Assembly (NCBI GenBank): GCA_963666055.2
Contig: CAXWPH010000015.1
Location: 1,952,001 to 2,016,000 of the forward strand
Length of the DNA stretch: 64,000 nt
Origin: Acidobacteriota bacterium
GTDB lineage: Bacteria > Acidobacteriota > UBA890 > WLXD01
Reading direction: 5' to 3'
Positions 9,450 to 24,610 of this stretch are shown here, one piece after another. The notes below the pieces were generated by a model. It was given only the letters and a program-made list of their open reading frames with translations. It was not told where the DNA came from and made no database searches. The position numbers and the translations under genes were made by a program. Every line of letters begins with the position of its first letter. Position 1 is the first letter of the stretch.

Positions 9450-11173
9450 CGCTTGCCTCGCTGGCGTTTCTTGGCCTTGGGAAGAGCCTTTTCTGCCTCA
9501 AGCTCCGCGTCCATCTTCCGGATCACGTAGAGCTGTTGCGCAATTCCGAGAAGGTTGTTAACGAGCCAGTAGAGCACCAACCCGCTGGGCACGTAGAGGA
9601 AAAGTACGGTAAAGATCACCGGCATGAACTTGAACATGCGCGCCTGCATCGGATCGGCGCCTGGCGCCGGGGTCATGCGCTGCTGCACCAGCATGCTGCC
9701 GCCCATGAGTAGGGGTAGCACCAAATAAGGGTCGTAGTCCGACAGGTCCTGGACCCACATTACGAAGGGCGCCTGGCGGAGCTCTACCGCGACCGAGAGA
9801 AGCCGATAGAACGAGAAAAGGATTGGTAACTGCGCCAGCATCGGCAGGCACCCGCCGAAGGGCGACACGCCCTCCCGCTTGTAGAGCGCCATCACCTCCT
9901 CGTTCATCTTCTGTTTTTGCTCGAGCTCCTTGGAGCCCTTGTACTTGGCGCGAATCGCCGCCATCTGTGGTTGCAGACGTTGCATGCGCCGCATGGAAAC
10001 CATCGACTTGTGGTTCAACGGCAAGAAGACAACCCGGAGCAGTACCGTCAGCAGGATGATTGCAACGCCGTAATTACCGACGAAGGAGTGAATCCAAACG
10101 AGCAGCGCCAGCAACGGGCGCGCCAACACCCCGAGCCACCCGAAGTCAACAGCGCGGTCGATGTCATACCCCTGCTGCAGCAGATAATCGAACTTCTTCG
10201 AACCCAGATAGACCCCTGTCACCAAGCCCTCGGGTGGAATCCCAATAGCCACGCTTGCCAGCGACACCTGCGGCTCGTCGGATGGCGCCACGGCGCTCAC
10301 CCGAAGGCTGGAGATCCTCACCTCGGATGGCGGCGCGTCGAACAGGAAGGCTCCGAGGAAATAGTGGCTCTCGATTCCGGCCCACCGTACCGGCCCGAAA
10401 ACTCCGACCGCCGGCTCGGGTTCGGGCGGCGCCCAGCGTTCGATATCCTCGCCCACAAGCGCTAGTGCGCCCTCCGCGAGAAACACGTTGCGCGATCCGG
10501 CCTCGACTTCGTCAAGGCCGGCTCCCAGAGTCAAGTATGTTTCGCCTGCGCCCGGCAGCGTGGCCTCCACTCGAACTCTGAGTTGGTTGCCGGTAGCCGG
10601 AAACTCGATGCTTTTCGTCACCCCCGCGCCCCGCCCATCGGCCCAGCGGAGGCTTACCACCACTGGGTCACCCGGTCTTGACGTGCGTTCCCCGTCACCC
10701 GCGACGCCGCCGCGAACCTCAAGCTCGTACAGGGCGCTGTTCGCCGCCGCCGCGATGGTTGGGTTGCTCGGGGTCTCGATACCGAACGGCAACGCATCTG
10801 CCGCTACCGCAGCCGGGTGAATAAGCTCCAAGGGGGTGCGGGCAGTGGACTGATACTGCTTCAACACGAACCCTTGCAGCCTGCCCCCGACGTTCGTTAT
10901 CGTCGCCGTGTAGCTTTCCGCCTGGATTCGGAGGCTCTCCTGTTGCTGCGCCGCTAGCGCTACCGCCGTTTCAACGCTACCGTCCGCGGCGCGGGCCGGT
11001 ACAGTGGGCACAGCTTCCGGGGGTGTTGCAATGTTCTCGTCACCGCTAGGAGGCGCAGCCGTGGCCTCCAGCTGCGGCGGCGGCGCTTCGTCAACAGGCA
11101 CGACGAAGTAGTACTGATAGACCGCCAAGACCGCCATCGACAGCACGATGGCGAGCAGTGCCCGCGACTCCAT
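9446..11173 (-). CDS. yidC: Membrane protein insertase YidC
   Basis: DFGWLG, GNYGVAIILLT, GGCLPMLAQLPI, PSGLVLYW; start MESRALL (alternative ATG at 11197). Confidence 0.96.
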   Translation of the reverse strand: MESRALLAIVLSMAVLAVYQYYFVVPVDEAPPPQLEATAAPPSGDENIATPPEAVPTVPARAADGSVETAVALAAQQQESLRIQAESYTATITNVGGRLQGFVLKQYQSTARTPLELIHPAAVAADALPFGIETPSNPTIAAAANSALYELEVRGGVAGDGERTSRPGDPVVVSLRWADGRGAGVTKSIEFPATGNQLRVRVEATLPGAGETYLTLGAGLDEVEAGSRNVFLAEGALALVGEDIERWAPPEPEPAVGVFGPVRWAGIESHYFLGAFLFDAPPSEVRISSLRVSAVAPSDEPQVSLASVAIGIPPEGLVTGVYLGSKKFDYLLQQGYDIDRAVDFGWLGVLARPLLALLVWIHSFVGNYGVAIILLTVLLRVVFLPLNHKSMVSMRRMQRLQPQMAAIRAKYKGSKELEQKQKMNEEVMALYKREGVSPFGGCLPMLAQLPILFSFYRLLSVAVELRQAPFVMWVQDLSDYDPYLVLPLLMGGSMLVQQRMTPAPGADPMQARMFKFMPVIFTVLFLYVPSGLVLYWLVNNLLGIAQQLYVIRKMDAELEAEKALPKAKKRQRGKR

Positions 11174-11189
11174 CCTGGGTTCTTGGTCG

Positions 11190-11414
11190 CTATTCATGCG
11201 CCATCGGTACTGGGTCGTGACCACCTTGGCTGAACGGGTGGCACCGGAGGATCCGACGCGTCGCCAACCACGCACCACGCAAAGCACCGTGTTGGGCAAT
11301 ACTCTGTCGCGCGTATTCCGAGCAACTCGGATCGAACCGGCAGTGGCCACCTAGAAGCGGTGACAGCACCACCTGGTAGACGCGAAGGAGGAAGACGAGC
11401 AGGCGCGCCATCAT
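11190..11414 (-). CDS. yidD: Membrane protein insertion efficiency factor YidD
   Basis: [10 protein letters not shown]...RILRCHPF...GGHDPVP. Confidence 0.96.
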   Translation of the reverse strand: MMARLLVFLLRVYQVVLSPLLGGHCRFDPSCSEYARQSIAQHGALRGAWLATRRILRCHPFSQGGHDPVPMAHE

Positions 11415-11764
11415 GCTACCTGGCCAGTGGCCCGGGCGGCGAGCGCTAACAAGCTCGGAAGCAGGTCTATCGGGCGCCCCTGGAGTGTGCCTGGCCGCGC
11501 CACAACGACATAGTCATAGCCCGCGGCGAATCCATCCCACCGGCTCCTGAACGCCTCCCGCACCAGACGCCGGGCACGATTACGTACCACGGCGTTGCCA
11601 AGCCGCCGCGTCGCAGTAATACCGAGCCGCGGGTACTCCAGTCCGTTGGGGCGCGTGAACATTACGAAGCTCGGCGCAACCTGTTTGGTGCCCTCTGCGT
11701 ACACGCACTCAAACTCCGCGCGTTTGCGCAGGCGGTGGTTTCGCGGGAACCCTTCCGGTCTCAC
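11411..11764 (-). CDS. rnpA: Ribonuclease P protein component
   Basis: [29 protein letters not shown] (RNR motif); GTG start 11764. Confidence 0.95.
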   Translation of the reverse strand: MRPEGFPRNHRLRKRAEFECVYAEGTKQVAPSFVMFTRPNGLEYPRLGITATRRLGNAVVRNRARRLVREAFRSRWDGFAAGYDYVVVARPGTLQGRPIDLLPSLLALAARATGQVA

Positions 11765-11795
11765 AGCGCGGGATCGGTGGCTTCGCGAGTTCAGA

Positions 11796-11933
11796 TCAAG
11801 ACGGCGCCAGCCGCTTGCGGCCTTTGCGGCGACGACGACGGAGCACGGCGCGTCCGGAGCGCGTGCGCATCCGGAGCCTGAAACCATGCACTTTCCGCCT
11901 GCGACGGCGATTTGGCTGGAACGTGCGCTTCAT
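11796..11933 (-). CDS. rpmH: 50S ribosomal protein L34
   Basis: [31 protein letters not shown]. Confidence 0.98.
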   Translation of the reverse strand: MKRTFQPNRRRRRKVHGFRLRMRTRSGRAVLRRRRRKGRKRLAPS

Positions 11934-12269
11934 GGAAATTGTAGGGGTTGCTCGCCGTGCACGCCCCGCGTCAACGCGGAAAACACCCGTCCGGCGAAGG
12001 CACCTTAGGGGGCGTTCGACAGGTGGCCCCCTGTTGCGTACGAAGGAAGCGACATTATCGGCTCCGCAAGGAGCCGTCAACACCGCGGCGCCGACTGCAC
12101 CTGCTGTCACGCCCCTTCTTCGGCTCGTTGTCAGCCTCTATGAGCCATTGTACAGCGTGACTTTTTCTGTGCTATATTGCCGAATCTTGCGGCGCGGACT
12201 TCTGCTTCCCTGGCCTACGCGCGCGAGGTCTTGTAGCGTAAGTGTCCCTAACCGCTACGTTTTTAGGTT

Positions 12270-12301
12270 TTTTTCACAGGTGTGGATAAGTCTGTGGAAA
12301 T
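12270..12301. promoter_or_regulatory. DnaA box cluster upstream of dnaA (oriC part 1 / autoregulation)
   Basis: Perfect TGTGGATAA (TTATCCACA reversed) at 12281-12289, flanked by TTTTTCACA and TGTGGAAAT. Confidence 0.85.
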
Positions 12302-12367
12302 CCGCGGGGTGGGCAGCGCCGCCGTCCACCGGCCGCGACACCGGTGCCTGGCGGTCTCGAGGGCGGG

Positions 12368-13717
12368 ATGGACACCTGGGCGCGAATCCTCTCGCGTATT
12401 GAGAACAAGCTCGACCCGCACACTTTCGAGACTTGGTTTCGGCCCACCGCTCTCCTCCGGGAACAGGACGGCGGCCTGGATGTTGCGGTCCCGAACGAAG
12501 TCTTTCGCGACTGGCTTACGCAGAAGTACGCGCCGTTGATCCGTGAGTCTCTAGAAGAGTTCCCGGGTGCGCCAACTGACATCCGCTTCTTCGTCGCCGG
12601 TTTAGACCATGGTTCCGGCGCCTACGCTGCGCCCACGGATGCACCCGCGACAGAACCGGCTTCGGTGCACGATCCTGTTTCTGTGCCGGAACGGCCGGCG
12701 ACTTTGAACCCCAAGTACACCTTCGAGTCCTTCGTTGTCGGGGCCTCGAACCAGTTCGCCAACGCCGCGGCGCGCGCCGTCGCCGAGCGGCCCTCGCTCT
12801 CTTACAACCCCTTGTTTATCTACGGCGGCGTCGGCCTGGGCAAGACACACCTCATGCTCGCCATTGGCCATTACATTCGCCGCACGCAACCAGACCTTCG
12901 GATCGTTTATCTCTCCTCCGAACGCTTCATGAACGAGTTGATCAACTCGATTCGGTACCACCGCACGCACGAGTTTCGTGTCCGGTATCGAAATATCGAC
13001 GTCTTGCTCATGGACGACATCCAATTCTTAGCAGGAAAAGAGCGCACCCAGGAAGAGTTCTTCCACACGTTTAACGCACTTCACGAAGAACAGCGTCAGA
13101 TCGTCGTTACAAGCGACGCCCCACCAAAGGAGATTCCGACGCTCGAGGAACGGCTGCGATCACGATTTGAATGGGGCCTCCTAGCCGATATCCAACCTCC
13201 GGACCTCGAGACCAAGATCGCTATTCTGAAGAAGAAAGCGGAAGCCGAGGCTCCGGCGCCGCTGCTGACCGATGATGTTTTGCTCTACGTGGCAACGCAT
13301 AGCAAATCGAATATTCGCGAGCTCGAGGGCGCCCTGATCCGGCTTCTGGCTTTCGAATCCTTGACCGGTGACCAAATCACCGTCGAACTAGCACGGCGCG
13401 TGTTGAAGGACACGCTCAAGACGGAACCGCGGGCCGTCACAATTGAGAGTATTCAGCAGCGGGTCTCGGAGTACTACGGCCTCCGGGCTGGGGAGCTAAA
13501 CTCGCGAAGTAATGCCCGCCGGATAACTCGACCACGCCAGGTGGCGATGTACCTCGCGAAGAAACTGACGCACCACTCCTATCCCGAGATTGGAAATGCA
13601 TTCGGCGGAAAGCATCACAGCACCGTCATTCACTCCGTCCGCAAAGTTCAGAAAGACATGGCGAGTGACGAAGAGCTTGAGGGTAGGGTTGCAGGTCTCC
13701 TGGATTCGTTTCTATAG
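12368..13717 (+). CDS. dnaA: Chromosomal replication initiator DnaA
   Basis: LNPKYTFESFV, YNPLFIYGGVGLGKTHL, DDIQFL, RLRSRFEWG, KHHSTVIHS; alternative GTG at 12344. Confidence 0.99.
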   Translation: MDTWARILSRIENKLDPHTFETWFRPTALLREQDGGLDVAVPNEVFRDWLTQKYAPLIRESLEEFPGAPTDIRFFVAGLDHGSGAYAAPTDAPATEPASVHDPVSVPERPATLNPKYTFESFVVGASNQFANAAARAVAERPSLSYNPLFIYGGVGLGKTHLMLAIGHYIRRTQPDLRIVYLSSERFMNELINSIRYHRTHEFRVRYRNIDVLLMDDIQFLAGKERTQEEFFHTFNALHEEQRQIVVTSDAPPKEIPTLEERLRSRFEWGLLADIQPPDLETKIAILKKKAEAEAPAPLLTDDVLLYVATHSKSNIRELEGALIRLLAFESLTGDQITVELARRVLKDTLKTEPRAVTIESIQQRVSEYYGLRAGELNSRSNARRITRPRQVAMYLAKKLTHHSYPEIGNAFGGKHHSTVIHSVRKVQKDMASDEELEGRVAGLLDSFL

Positions 13718-13937
13718 GGCCCTGGGTGAAACAGCTGATATCCGGAGGGCACTGTTTACGTTCAGTGGACCCAGGGTTCACCGGAGTTAACCGCGCGAGC
13801 AAAACCTTTTGTCCGCAGACGAATAGACAGGTCAAGGCCCTGTATACAAAGACCGTTCGAGTGGTTTCAACAGGATAAACAGGGCCTACTACTAATACGA
13901 GATTTAGTCGTAGTAGTACTACTAGGAGAAACAACGA
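13718..13937. other. oriC unwinding region (degenerate DnaA boxes, GC tract, DnaA-trios)
   Basis: TTGTCCGCA at 13809; tandem GTTTCAACA/GGATAAACA at 13864-13881; GGGC; then CTACTACTAATA at 13886, the layout of the B. subtilis basal unwinding system. Confidence 0.8.
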
Positions 13938-15044
13938 ATGAACTTCACTGTCCAGAGGGACGCACTCGTTAGTGAGCTGCAGATCCTCCAGGGCATCGCC
14001 GAGAAACGGAAGACGATCCCGATCCTGTCCCACATACTGATCTCGGCTGAGCCTGACCATCTATCGCTTGTCGCCACAGATCTAGAGGTCAGTCTAAGTA
14101 CGCATTGCGACGCCATTACGACTGACCCGGGTGGCACGACGGTAAGCTCCAAGAAGCTCTTCGAAGTCGTTAAATCCCTTCCGGCGGGCGAGATACAGAT
14201 GAGCTCAAGCGCCGGAGAGTGGCTTGAGATTCGAGCCGGAGAAGCGTACTTCCGACTGGTTTCCCTGCCGACTACCGATTTCCCTGAGGTTCCAGCCTGT
14301 AATTTCGATGCCGCCACAGAGATACCGCACGCGCTCTTTCGCGAAATGATCCGGCGTACGTTGTTCGCAGTGACCAAAGAGGACGTTCGATACTCGTTGA
14401 ACGGGGCTCTCCTGGAGATCGGTGGAGGCAAGGTGCGCATGGTCGCCACGGATGCGCACCGGCTCGCCATGGTCGAGCACGACGACGCCGAGCTCGGAAC
14501 ACAGACGCAAGTCAGGGCGATTATCCCGAAAAAGGCGCTGGCGGAGATACGCGATCTCGGTGAACCAGAGACCATGCTCTTTGCACAGGACGAGCACCAT
14601 CTCCACTTCAAGATAGAACACCGTGTTCTTTCAACGCGTGTGATAGAGGGGCAATTTCCTGCTTACGAGAAGGTTGTCCCGCGCGACAACCCGGCTACTG
14701 TTCGCTTCTCTAGCGATGCCATGGCAGAGGCGATTCGCCGTGTGAGCTTGCTGGCGTCGGAACGCTCGCGCGCAGTGAAGTTCACTTTTACCCCCCGCAC
14801 CGCAACGATCGTCTCGAGCAACCCGGAAATGGGAGAAGCCCGTGAGTCGGTGCCCGTCCAATATGAGGGGGAAGAGCTGACCGTGAGCTTCAACGCGCAG
14901 TACATCCTCGACTTTCTGGCGGTGGCGGCAAGCGATGAGGTAGAGGCGTATCTCCGCGACGATTCAAGCCAAGGATTGATGTCTCCGGTACCCCTCGAGG
15001 ACGGCCTGACGTACCAGTACGTAATTATGCCTATGCGGCTGTAG
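13938..15044 (+). CDS. dnaN: DNA polymerase III beta clamp
   Basis: TIPILSHILI, ATDLE, ATDAHRLA, FPAYEKV, VIMPMRL. Confidence 0.98.
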   Translation: MNFTVQRDALVSELQILQGIAEKRKTIPILSHILISAEPDHLSLVATDLEVSLSTHCDAITTDPGGTTVSSKKLFEVVKSLPAGEIQMSSSAGEWLEIRAGEAYFRLVSLPTTDFPEVPACNFDAATEIPHALFREMIRRTLFAVTKEDVRYSLNGALLEIGGGKVRMVATDAHRLAMVEHDDAELGTQTQVRAIIPKKALAEIRDLGEPETMLFAQDEHHLHFKIEHRVLSTRVIEGQFPAYEKVVPRDNPATVRFSSDAMAEAIRRVSLLASERSRAVKFTFTPRTATIVSSNPEMGEARESVPVQYEGEELTVSFNAQYILDFLAVAASDEVEAYLRDDSSQGLMSPVPLEDGLTYQYVIMPMRL

Positions 15045-15127
15045 GGCTACCTGTAAGCATCTCTATTAAAAGAACTTACAGAATATCATGCGCGGGTGTG
15101 CGGCTATGCAGCGAGGTCGCGAAAGGG

Positions 15128-15133
15128 TATAAT
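15128..15133 (+). promoter_or_regulatory. Candidate sigma70 -10 box for gyrB-gyrA
   Basis: Perfect TATAAT about 230 nt upstream of the gyrB ATG in GC-rich DNA. Confidence 0.55.
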
Positions 15134-15352
15134 TCTACGGTGCCGAGTGAAACGCAGCGTGGGCCCGGAAAACGCAGCCGTCTCGATTCGCGAAGATAGC
15201 TGCCGGGGCGAAAACCGAGCGCGTACAGCAGGTGGGGCCCGGCCCGAAAACGAGGCCTGTAGAGCGCTAGCGCGGCCACTACGGATCGAAGACAAGGCGG
15301 CGCTTCGTGTGCCAGCAGAGAGCCTTGCGGTCCACATTCTAAAGGGCGCTAA

Positions 15353-17788
<2,436 letters not shown>

Positions 17789-17842
17789 GTGATCACGGCG
17801 AGGCCATAGGCTGCCGCGACTCGACAGCGGACCCCCGGAGTC

Positions 17843-20323
17843 ATGATGGATGTAATCGAGCACAAGATGCCGGTCTCGGTTGAAGACGAGGTGCGGCGGT
17901 CGTATCTCGACTACGCCATGAGCGTCATCGTGGGCCGCGCGCTGCCCGACATCCGCGACGGGCTCAAGCCGGTGCATCGTCGCGTGCTCTTCGCCATGCA
18001 ACAGCTCAACAACGGCTGGAACCAGGCGCACAAGAAGAGCGCACGGATCGTCGGCGATGTCATCGGCAAGTATCACCCGCACGGCGACCAGGCGGTGTAC
18101 GACACCATCGTCCGTATGGCGCAGGACTTCTCCATGCGCCACGTCCTCGTCGACGGCCAGGGGAACTTCGGCTCGCTCGACGGAGACCCGCCGGCGGCAA
18201 TGCGGTACACCGAGGTTCGCATGTCCCGTTTGGCGGGGGAGTTGCTCGCTGATATCGATAAGGAGACGGTTGATTTCGTCGCCAACTACGACGATTCGCT
18301 CGAAGAGCCAACAGTCTTGCCAGCAAAGTTTCCGGCGCTGCTGGTGAACGGCTCTTCAGGCATCGCGGTGGGGATGGCGACCAACATCCCGCCACACAAC
18401 CTCAACGAGATCGTCGATGCGACCGTGGCGCTGATCAACGATCCAGAGATAACCGTCTCGGCGCTGATGCAGCACGTCAAGGGCCCCGACTTTCCTACCG
18501 CCGGGATCATCTACGGCGCCAGCGGCATCGTCGATGCGTATCGGAGCGGGCGCGGCATCATCCGAGTCAGGGCACGCGCTGATATCGAGCGGCCCACATC
18601 GAACCGCGAGCGCGATCGCATCGTGATCACCGAGGTGCCCTATCAGGTCAATAAGGCGCGCCTTATCGAGCAGATTGCCGGGTTGGTGAAGAACAAGAAG
18701 CTCGACGGCATCGCGGACCTGCGCGACGAGAGCAGCCGTGAAGGGGTGCGAGTCGTCATCGAGCTCAGGAGGGGAGAGGAACCCGACGTCATTCTGAACA
18801 ACCTGTATAGCCAGACGGCGATGACGAGCACATTCGGCATCATCTTGTTGGCGATTCGCGATGGCGCGCCGGTGGTGCTGACCCTCAAGGAGATACTCGG
18901 GGCGTTCGTTAGCTATCGTCGCGAGGTCATCACCCGCCGCACGCTCTTCGATCTCAAGCGTGCCGAGGCTCGGGCACACATTCTAGAAGGCCTCAAGATC
19001 GCCCTGGACCATCTCGATGACCTCATCGCGCTGATCCGGGGGTCGAAGAACGCCGAAGTCGCCCGTGCGGCGATGGTCAAACGGTTCTCGATGTCCGAGA
19101 CTCAGGCGCAGGCGGTGCTGGACATGCGCCTGCAGCGGCTGACGGGTCTCGAGCGGCAGAAGATCCTCGACGACCTGAAGACAACCCTCGAGCTCATCGA
19201 GAGCCTCGAGGACATCCTGGCCTCGGAGCGCAAGGTTCTCGACCTCATCGTCGACGAGCTCCAGGAGATCAAAGCATCGTACGGTGATGCTCGACGCACA
19301 GAGATCGTAAATGACGCACGCGATTTCACCGTCGAGGACTTGATCGCCGAAGAGGACATGGTGGTGACATGCAGTCACGCTGGCTACGTGAAGCGCACGC
19401 CTCTCAGCCTGTATCGTCAGCAACGTCGCGGCGGAAAAGGACGCATCGGCGCAGTGACCAAAGAGGGCGACTTCGTCGAGCACCTTTTCGTGGCGTCGAC
19501 GCACGCCTATGTCATGGTGTTCACAGAGTTCGGAATGGCGTACTGGCTGAAGGTCTATAACTTGCCGCAAGGCGGGCCGGCGACGCGCGGCAAGGCGATC
19601 ATCAACCTACTGCCGCGCCTCGACAAAGGCGATTCTGTAGCCGCGATCCTGCCGGTGGCCGAGTTCGTGGAGGGCAAACATATCCTTTTCTCGACCGAGC
19701 AGGGGTTGGTGAAGAAGACTAAGCTAACCGCCTTCTCGCATCCCAAAGTGAACGGCATCATCGCCATAAAGATTCAGGAGGGCGACCGCCTTCTCGCCGC
19801 CAAGATCACCGACGGCGATCAAGACATCATCATCGGCACCTATCTCGGCAAGGCCATACGCTTTTCTGAGAGCGATGCGCGGCCCATGGGTCGAAGCACC
19901 ATGGGGGTGAAGGGAATCCGGCTATCGGAGGGCGACATCGTCGTCGGCGCGGACACCGTGCGTGACAACTACGGCACGATCCTCTCGGTTACGGAGAACG
20001 GCTTCGGCAAGCGCACGCCGGTGAGCCAGTATCGCCGCCAGCGGCGCGGCGGGATGGGCCTGATCGATATCAAGACGTCACCACGTAACGGTCCGGTGGT
20101 CGGTCAACGAGTTGTCAGCGGCGAAGATGACGTCATGCTGATAAGCCAGAGCGGCAAGCTCATCCGGATCCCCACGGCCGGCGTCAAAGAGCAAGGCCGC
20201 AACACCCAGGGCGTCAAGGTTATCGACCTTGGGGATGATGATCGTGTCGTTGCGGTGGCGCGGCTGGCGGAAACTGAGGCCCCCTCCGACGCGGCATCCG
20301 AGGGCCCCATCGACGACGACTAG
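17843..20323 (+). CDS. gyrA: DNA gyrase subunit A
   Basis: [22 protein letters not shown], GyrA-box QRRGGKG, C-terminal pinwheel repeats. Confidence 0.99.
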   Translation: MMDVIEHKMPVSVEDEVRRSYLDYAMSVIVGRALPDIRDGLKPVHRRVLFAMQQLNNGWNQAHKKSARIVGDVIGKYHPHGDQAVYDTIVRMAQDFSMRHVLVDGQGNFGSLDGDPPAAMRYTEVRMSRLAGELLADIDKETVDFVANYDDSLEEPTVLPAKFPALLVNGSSGIAVGMATNIPPHNLNEIVDATVALINDPEITVSALMQHVKGPDFPTAGIIYGASGIVDAYRSGRGIIRVRARADIERPTSNRERDRIVITEVPYQVNKARLIEQIAGLVKNKKLDGIADLRDESSREGVRVVIELRRGEEPDVILNNLYSQTAMTSTFGIILLAIRDGAPVVLTLKEILGAFVSYRREVITRRTLFDLKRAEARAHILEGLKIALDHLDDLIALIRGSKNAEVARAAMVKRFSMSETQAQAVLDMRLQRLTGLERQKILDDLKTTLELIESLEDILASERKVLDLIVDELQEIKASYGDARRTEIVNDARDFTVEDLIAEEDMVVTCSHAGYVKRTPLSLYRQQRRGGKGRIGAVTKEGDFVEHLFVASTHAYVMVFTEFGMAYWLKVYNLPQGGPATRGKAIINLLPRLDKGDSVAAILPVAEFVEGKHILFSTEQGLVKKTKLTAFSHPKVNGIIAIKIQEGDRLLAAKITDGDQDIIIGTYLGKAIRFSESDARPMGRSTMGVKGIRLSEGDIVVGADTVRDNYGTILSVTENGFGKRTPVSQYRRQRRGGMGLIDIKTSPRNGPVVGQRVVSGEDDVMLISQSGKLIRIPTAGVKEQGRNTQGVKVIDLGDDDRVVAVARLAETEAPSDAASEGPIDDD

Positions 20324-20347
20324 CCGAGTGCCGGCGCTCGGTGCTTT
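20324..20347 (+). terminator. Hairpin between convergent gyrA and uvrD
   Basis: CCGAGTG-CCGG-CGCTCGG followed by TGCTTT. Confidence 0.4.
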
Positions 20348-20383
20348 GCTCAGGCGCGCAAACTCAACCGACCGCCCGGACGG

Positions 20384-22645
20384 CTAAGCCAGCAGTTGAA
20401 GCTTGGCGTATTTGGCGATCAACTGCTTGGTGCCGGCGCGCGCGAACGCCACGGTCAGCTTGAGCGCGTCGCCACTCCCCTGCGTATGGGTGATCCGTCC
20501 GGATCCGAACATCGGATGGAAGACGGCTGCGCCTTCGACGAGGCGGTCGCCCGACGCCGGCACGCCCGAGCCGCGGGCGTTCGGATCGACGGGTCGGGTT
20601 GAACGCCGTGACCCCGCGGAGGAGCGTGTTGTACGGCGCGTGTGATCCGGCGTCGATGCCCTGGCGCGCCGGCCCGACACCTCGACGACAGCCTGCGGCT
20701 CCGTGTCAGTCAGTAGCAGCCCGGAGTCGATCTCGGCGATGAACCGAGACGGCAGCTGGAACCGCTCGCGCCCGTGGACGCGGCGCAGGCGCGCCGAGCT
20801 GAGGAACAACTCGTTGCGCGCCCGCGTCATGGCGACATACGCCAGGCGTCGTTCCTCTTCGATCTGGCCTCCGTCGATTGCGGAACGCATCGGAAACAGG
20901 CCCTCTTCAAGACCCGCCACGAACACATGGGCAAACTCGAGCCCTTTGGCGGAGTGGACTGTCATCAACGCCACTCCAGCGCCGCCGCGCGACGAGTCAG
21001 CGTCGGAGATCAGCGCGGTTCGATCGAGAAATGACGCCAGAGTTTCCTTGGCCGCAGACACGTTGCCGGAGAACTCGACGGCCGAGGCGACCAACTCGTC
21101 GATGTTGGCGAGCCGCTCCTCGCCGTCAGGTCGGGCTCGAAGCAGCGCGCGGTATCCGCTACGCGCCATCACCTGCTCGATCAGCTCGCCGAGCGGTATC
21201 GTGTCGATCCGCCGGCGCAAGTCAGCGATTAGCTGACCGAAAACGACCAAACCTCCGACCGCTCGTCCGCGGCACGCCAGGTCACGGAGCTGCGCCTCCG
21301 GATCGGCCGCCCCTGTCGCTTCGAGCAACGCGCGGAGGGACGATTTGTCATGGCGGCGCAATGACTCGAGGCTGGCGGGTCCGACACCGCGTGTCGGGGT
21401 GGCCACTGCGCGCGCCAGAGCTGCGTCGTCGTCGGTCAACAAGAGGCGCAGATAAGCCAGCACATCCCTGACCTCGGCGCGCCGGAAGAACGTCTGCCCG
21501 CCGAGCACGCGGAACGGGATACTTCGCCCGGCGAGCTCCTCTTCGAAAGGACGAGATTGTGCGTTGGTGCGATACAGGACCGCCATATCGGCCGCTGGCA
21601 CGCCGGCGCCGATCGCCGCGGCGATGCGCTTCGCAACCCAGACCGCCTCGCTGCGCTCCGTGGCACATAGCATGTATGTCGGCTTGGAGTCGCCTGGATT
21701 GTCTGTCCACAAATGCTTCCCCAGGCGTTCGGTGTTGCGGGCGACCAGCGACCCCGCGGCGGCGAGGATAGGCGGTGTCGAACGGTAGTTCTGTTCGAGC
21801 CGTATGACCGTGGCGTTCGGAAAGTCGTCGCGGAACTCGAGCACGTTGGCGATGTCGGCCCCGCGCCACCTGTAGATCGATTGGTCTTCGTCGCCCACGA
21901 CCATGAGAGCGCTGGTGTCGTCGAGCAGGGTGCGGACGAGGCGATACTGCGTGCGGTTGGTGTCCTGATACTCGTCGACGAGCAGGTGCCGGAAGCGCGA
22001 CGCGTCGGGGGTGATGACACCGCTGCTAAGCAGCTGCAGCGGCAATGCTAGAAGGTCGTCGAAATCGACCGCGTTGTCGGTGCGCATCTCTTTGCGGTAG
22101 CGGTCGTAGACGCGGGCCGCGGCGCGCTTCTCTGGAGACTGGCCAGGGTCGTCCCAGGAGCTCGGATCCTCCAGTTGGTTGCGGGCGCGACTGCACATCT
22201 CGTACAGCATCGTCGGCCGCAGCTCGTTGGCGCCGATGTTCAACGCCGACTGGCACCGCCGCCAGACCGCCAATGCGTCGCCGCGATCGTAGACAGCGAA
22301 CCCGGGGCGGGGAGCGCCATCAGCCCCGGCAGCGTCGCGGAGGATACGCAAGCCCAAGGCGTGGAATGTCAGCACCCAAACGTCTGAAGCAGCTGTGCCG
22401 GCCAGCTGCTCGAGGCGCTCGCGCATCTCGCCGGCGGCCTTGTTGGCGAACGTCACGGCGCAGACCGTGGTCGCTGGGACGCGGAGCTCGGCGAGCAACC
22501 AGGCGATGCGATACATGATTACGCGGGTCTTGCCCGAGCCTGCGCCAGCCAACACGAGACACGGCCCCCCAGTGTGGGTGACGGCGCGGTACTGCTCGGC
22601 ATTGAGGTCGCCGGAAAGGTCGGCGCGCAGTTCGAGCTGGCTCAC
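20384..22645 (-). CDS. uvrD: ATP-dependent DNA helicase UvrD/PcrA
   Basis: AGAGSGKT, VDEYQDTN, GDEDQSIYRWRGA, LEQNYRS, TVHSAKGLEF, EERRLAYVAMTRA; C-terminal Tudor-like HPMFGSG. Confidence 0.96.
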   Translation of the reverse strand: MSQLELRADLSGDLNAEQYRAVTHTGGPCLVLAGAGSGKTRVIMYRIAWLLAELRVPATTVCAVTFANKAAGEMRERLEQLAGTAASDVWVLTFHALGLRILRDAAGADGAPRPGFAVYDRGDALAVWRRCQSALNIGANELRPTMLYEMCSRARNQLEDPSSWDDPGQSPEKRAAARVYDRYRKEMRTDNAVDFDDLLALPLQLLSSGVITPDASRFRHLLVDEYQDTNRTQYRLVRTLLDDTSALMVVGDEDQSIYRWRGADIANVLEFRDDFPNATVIRLEQNYRSTPPILAAAGSLVARNTERLGKHLWTDNPGDSKPTYMLCATERSEAVWVAKRIAAAIGAGVPAADMAVLYRTNAQSRPFEEELAGRSIPFRVLGGQTFFRRAEVRDVLAYLRLLLTDDDAALARAVATPTRGVGPASLESLRRHDKSSLRALLEATGAADPEAQLRDLACRGRAVGGLVVFGQLIADLRRRIDTIPLGELIEQVMARSGYRALLRARPDGEERLANIDELVASAVEFSGNVSAAKETLASFLDRTALISDADSSRGGAGVALMTVHSAKGLEFAHVFVAGLEEGLFPMRSAIDGGQIEEERRLAYVAMTRARNELFLSSARLRRVHGRERFQLPSRFIAEIDSGLLLTDTEPQAVVEVSGRRARASTPDHTRRTTRSSAGSRRSTRPVDPNARGSGVPASGDRLVEGAAVFHPMFGSGRITHTQGSGDALKLTVAFARAGTKQLIAKYAKLQLLA

Positions 22646-22690
22646 AGTGGGTGGTCCCGTGGCGTCGCGGCTCGGCGGCCCGACGGGCCG

Positions 22691-24523
<1,833 letters not shown>

Positions 24524-24610
24524 GGCTCAGCTCCTCCGGAACGCCAGTCGGCGCCGTTAACTACGAAGGATCAATTACAGCAACGCCGGTGGCCCACGCA
24601 ACCCGAATCG

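Noticed and set aside
24524-24610. glmS ribozyme upstream of glmS
   Set aside because: Spacer is only 87 nt and lacks the conserved AGCGCC cleavage core.
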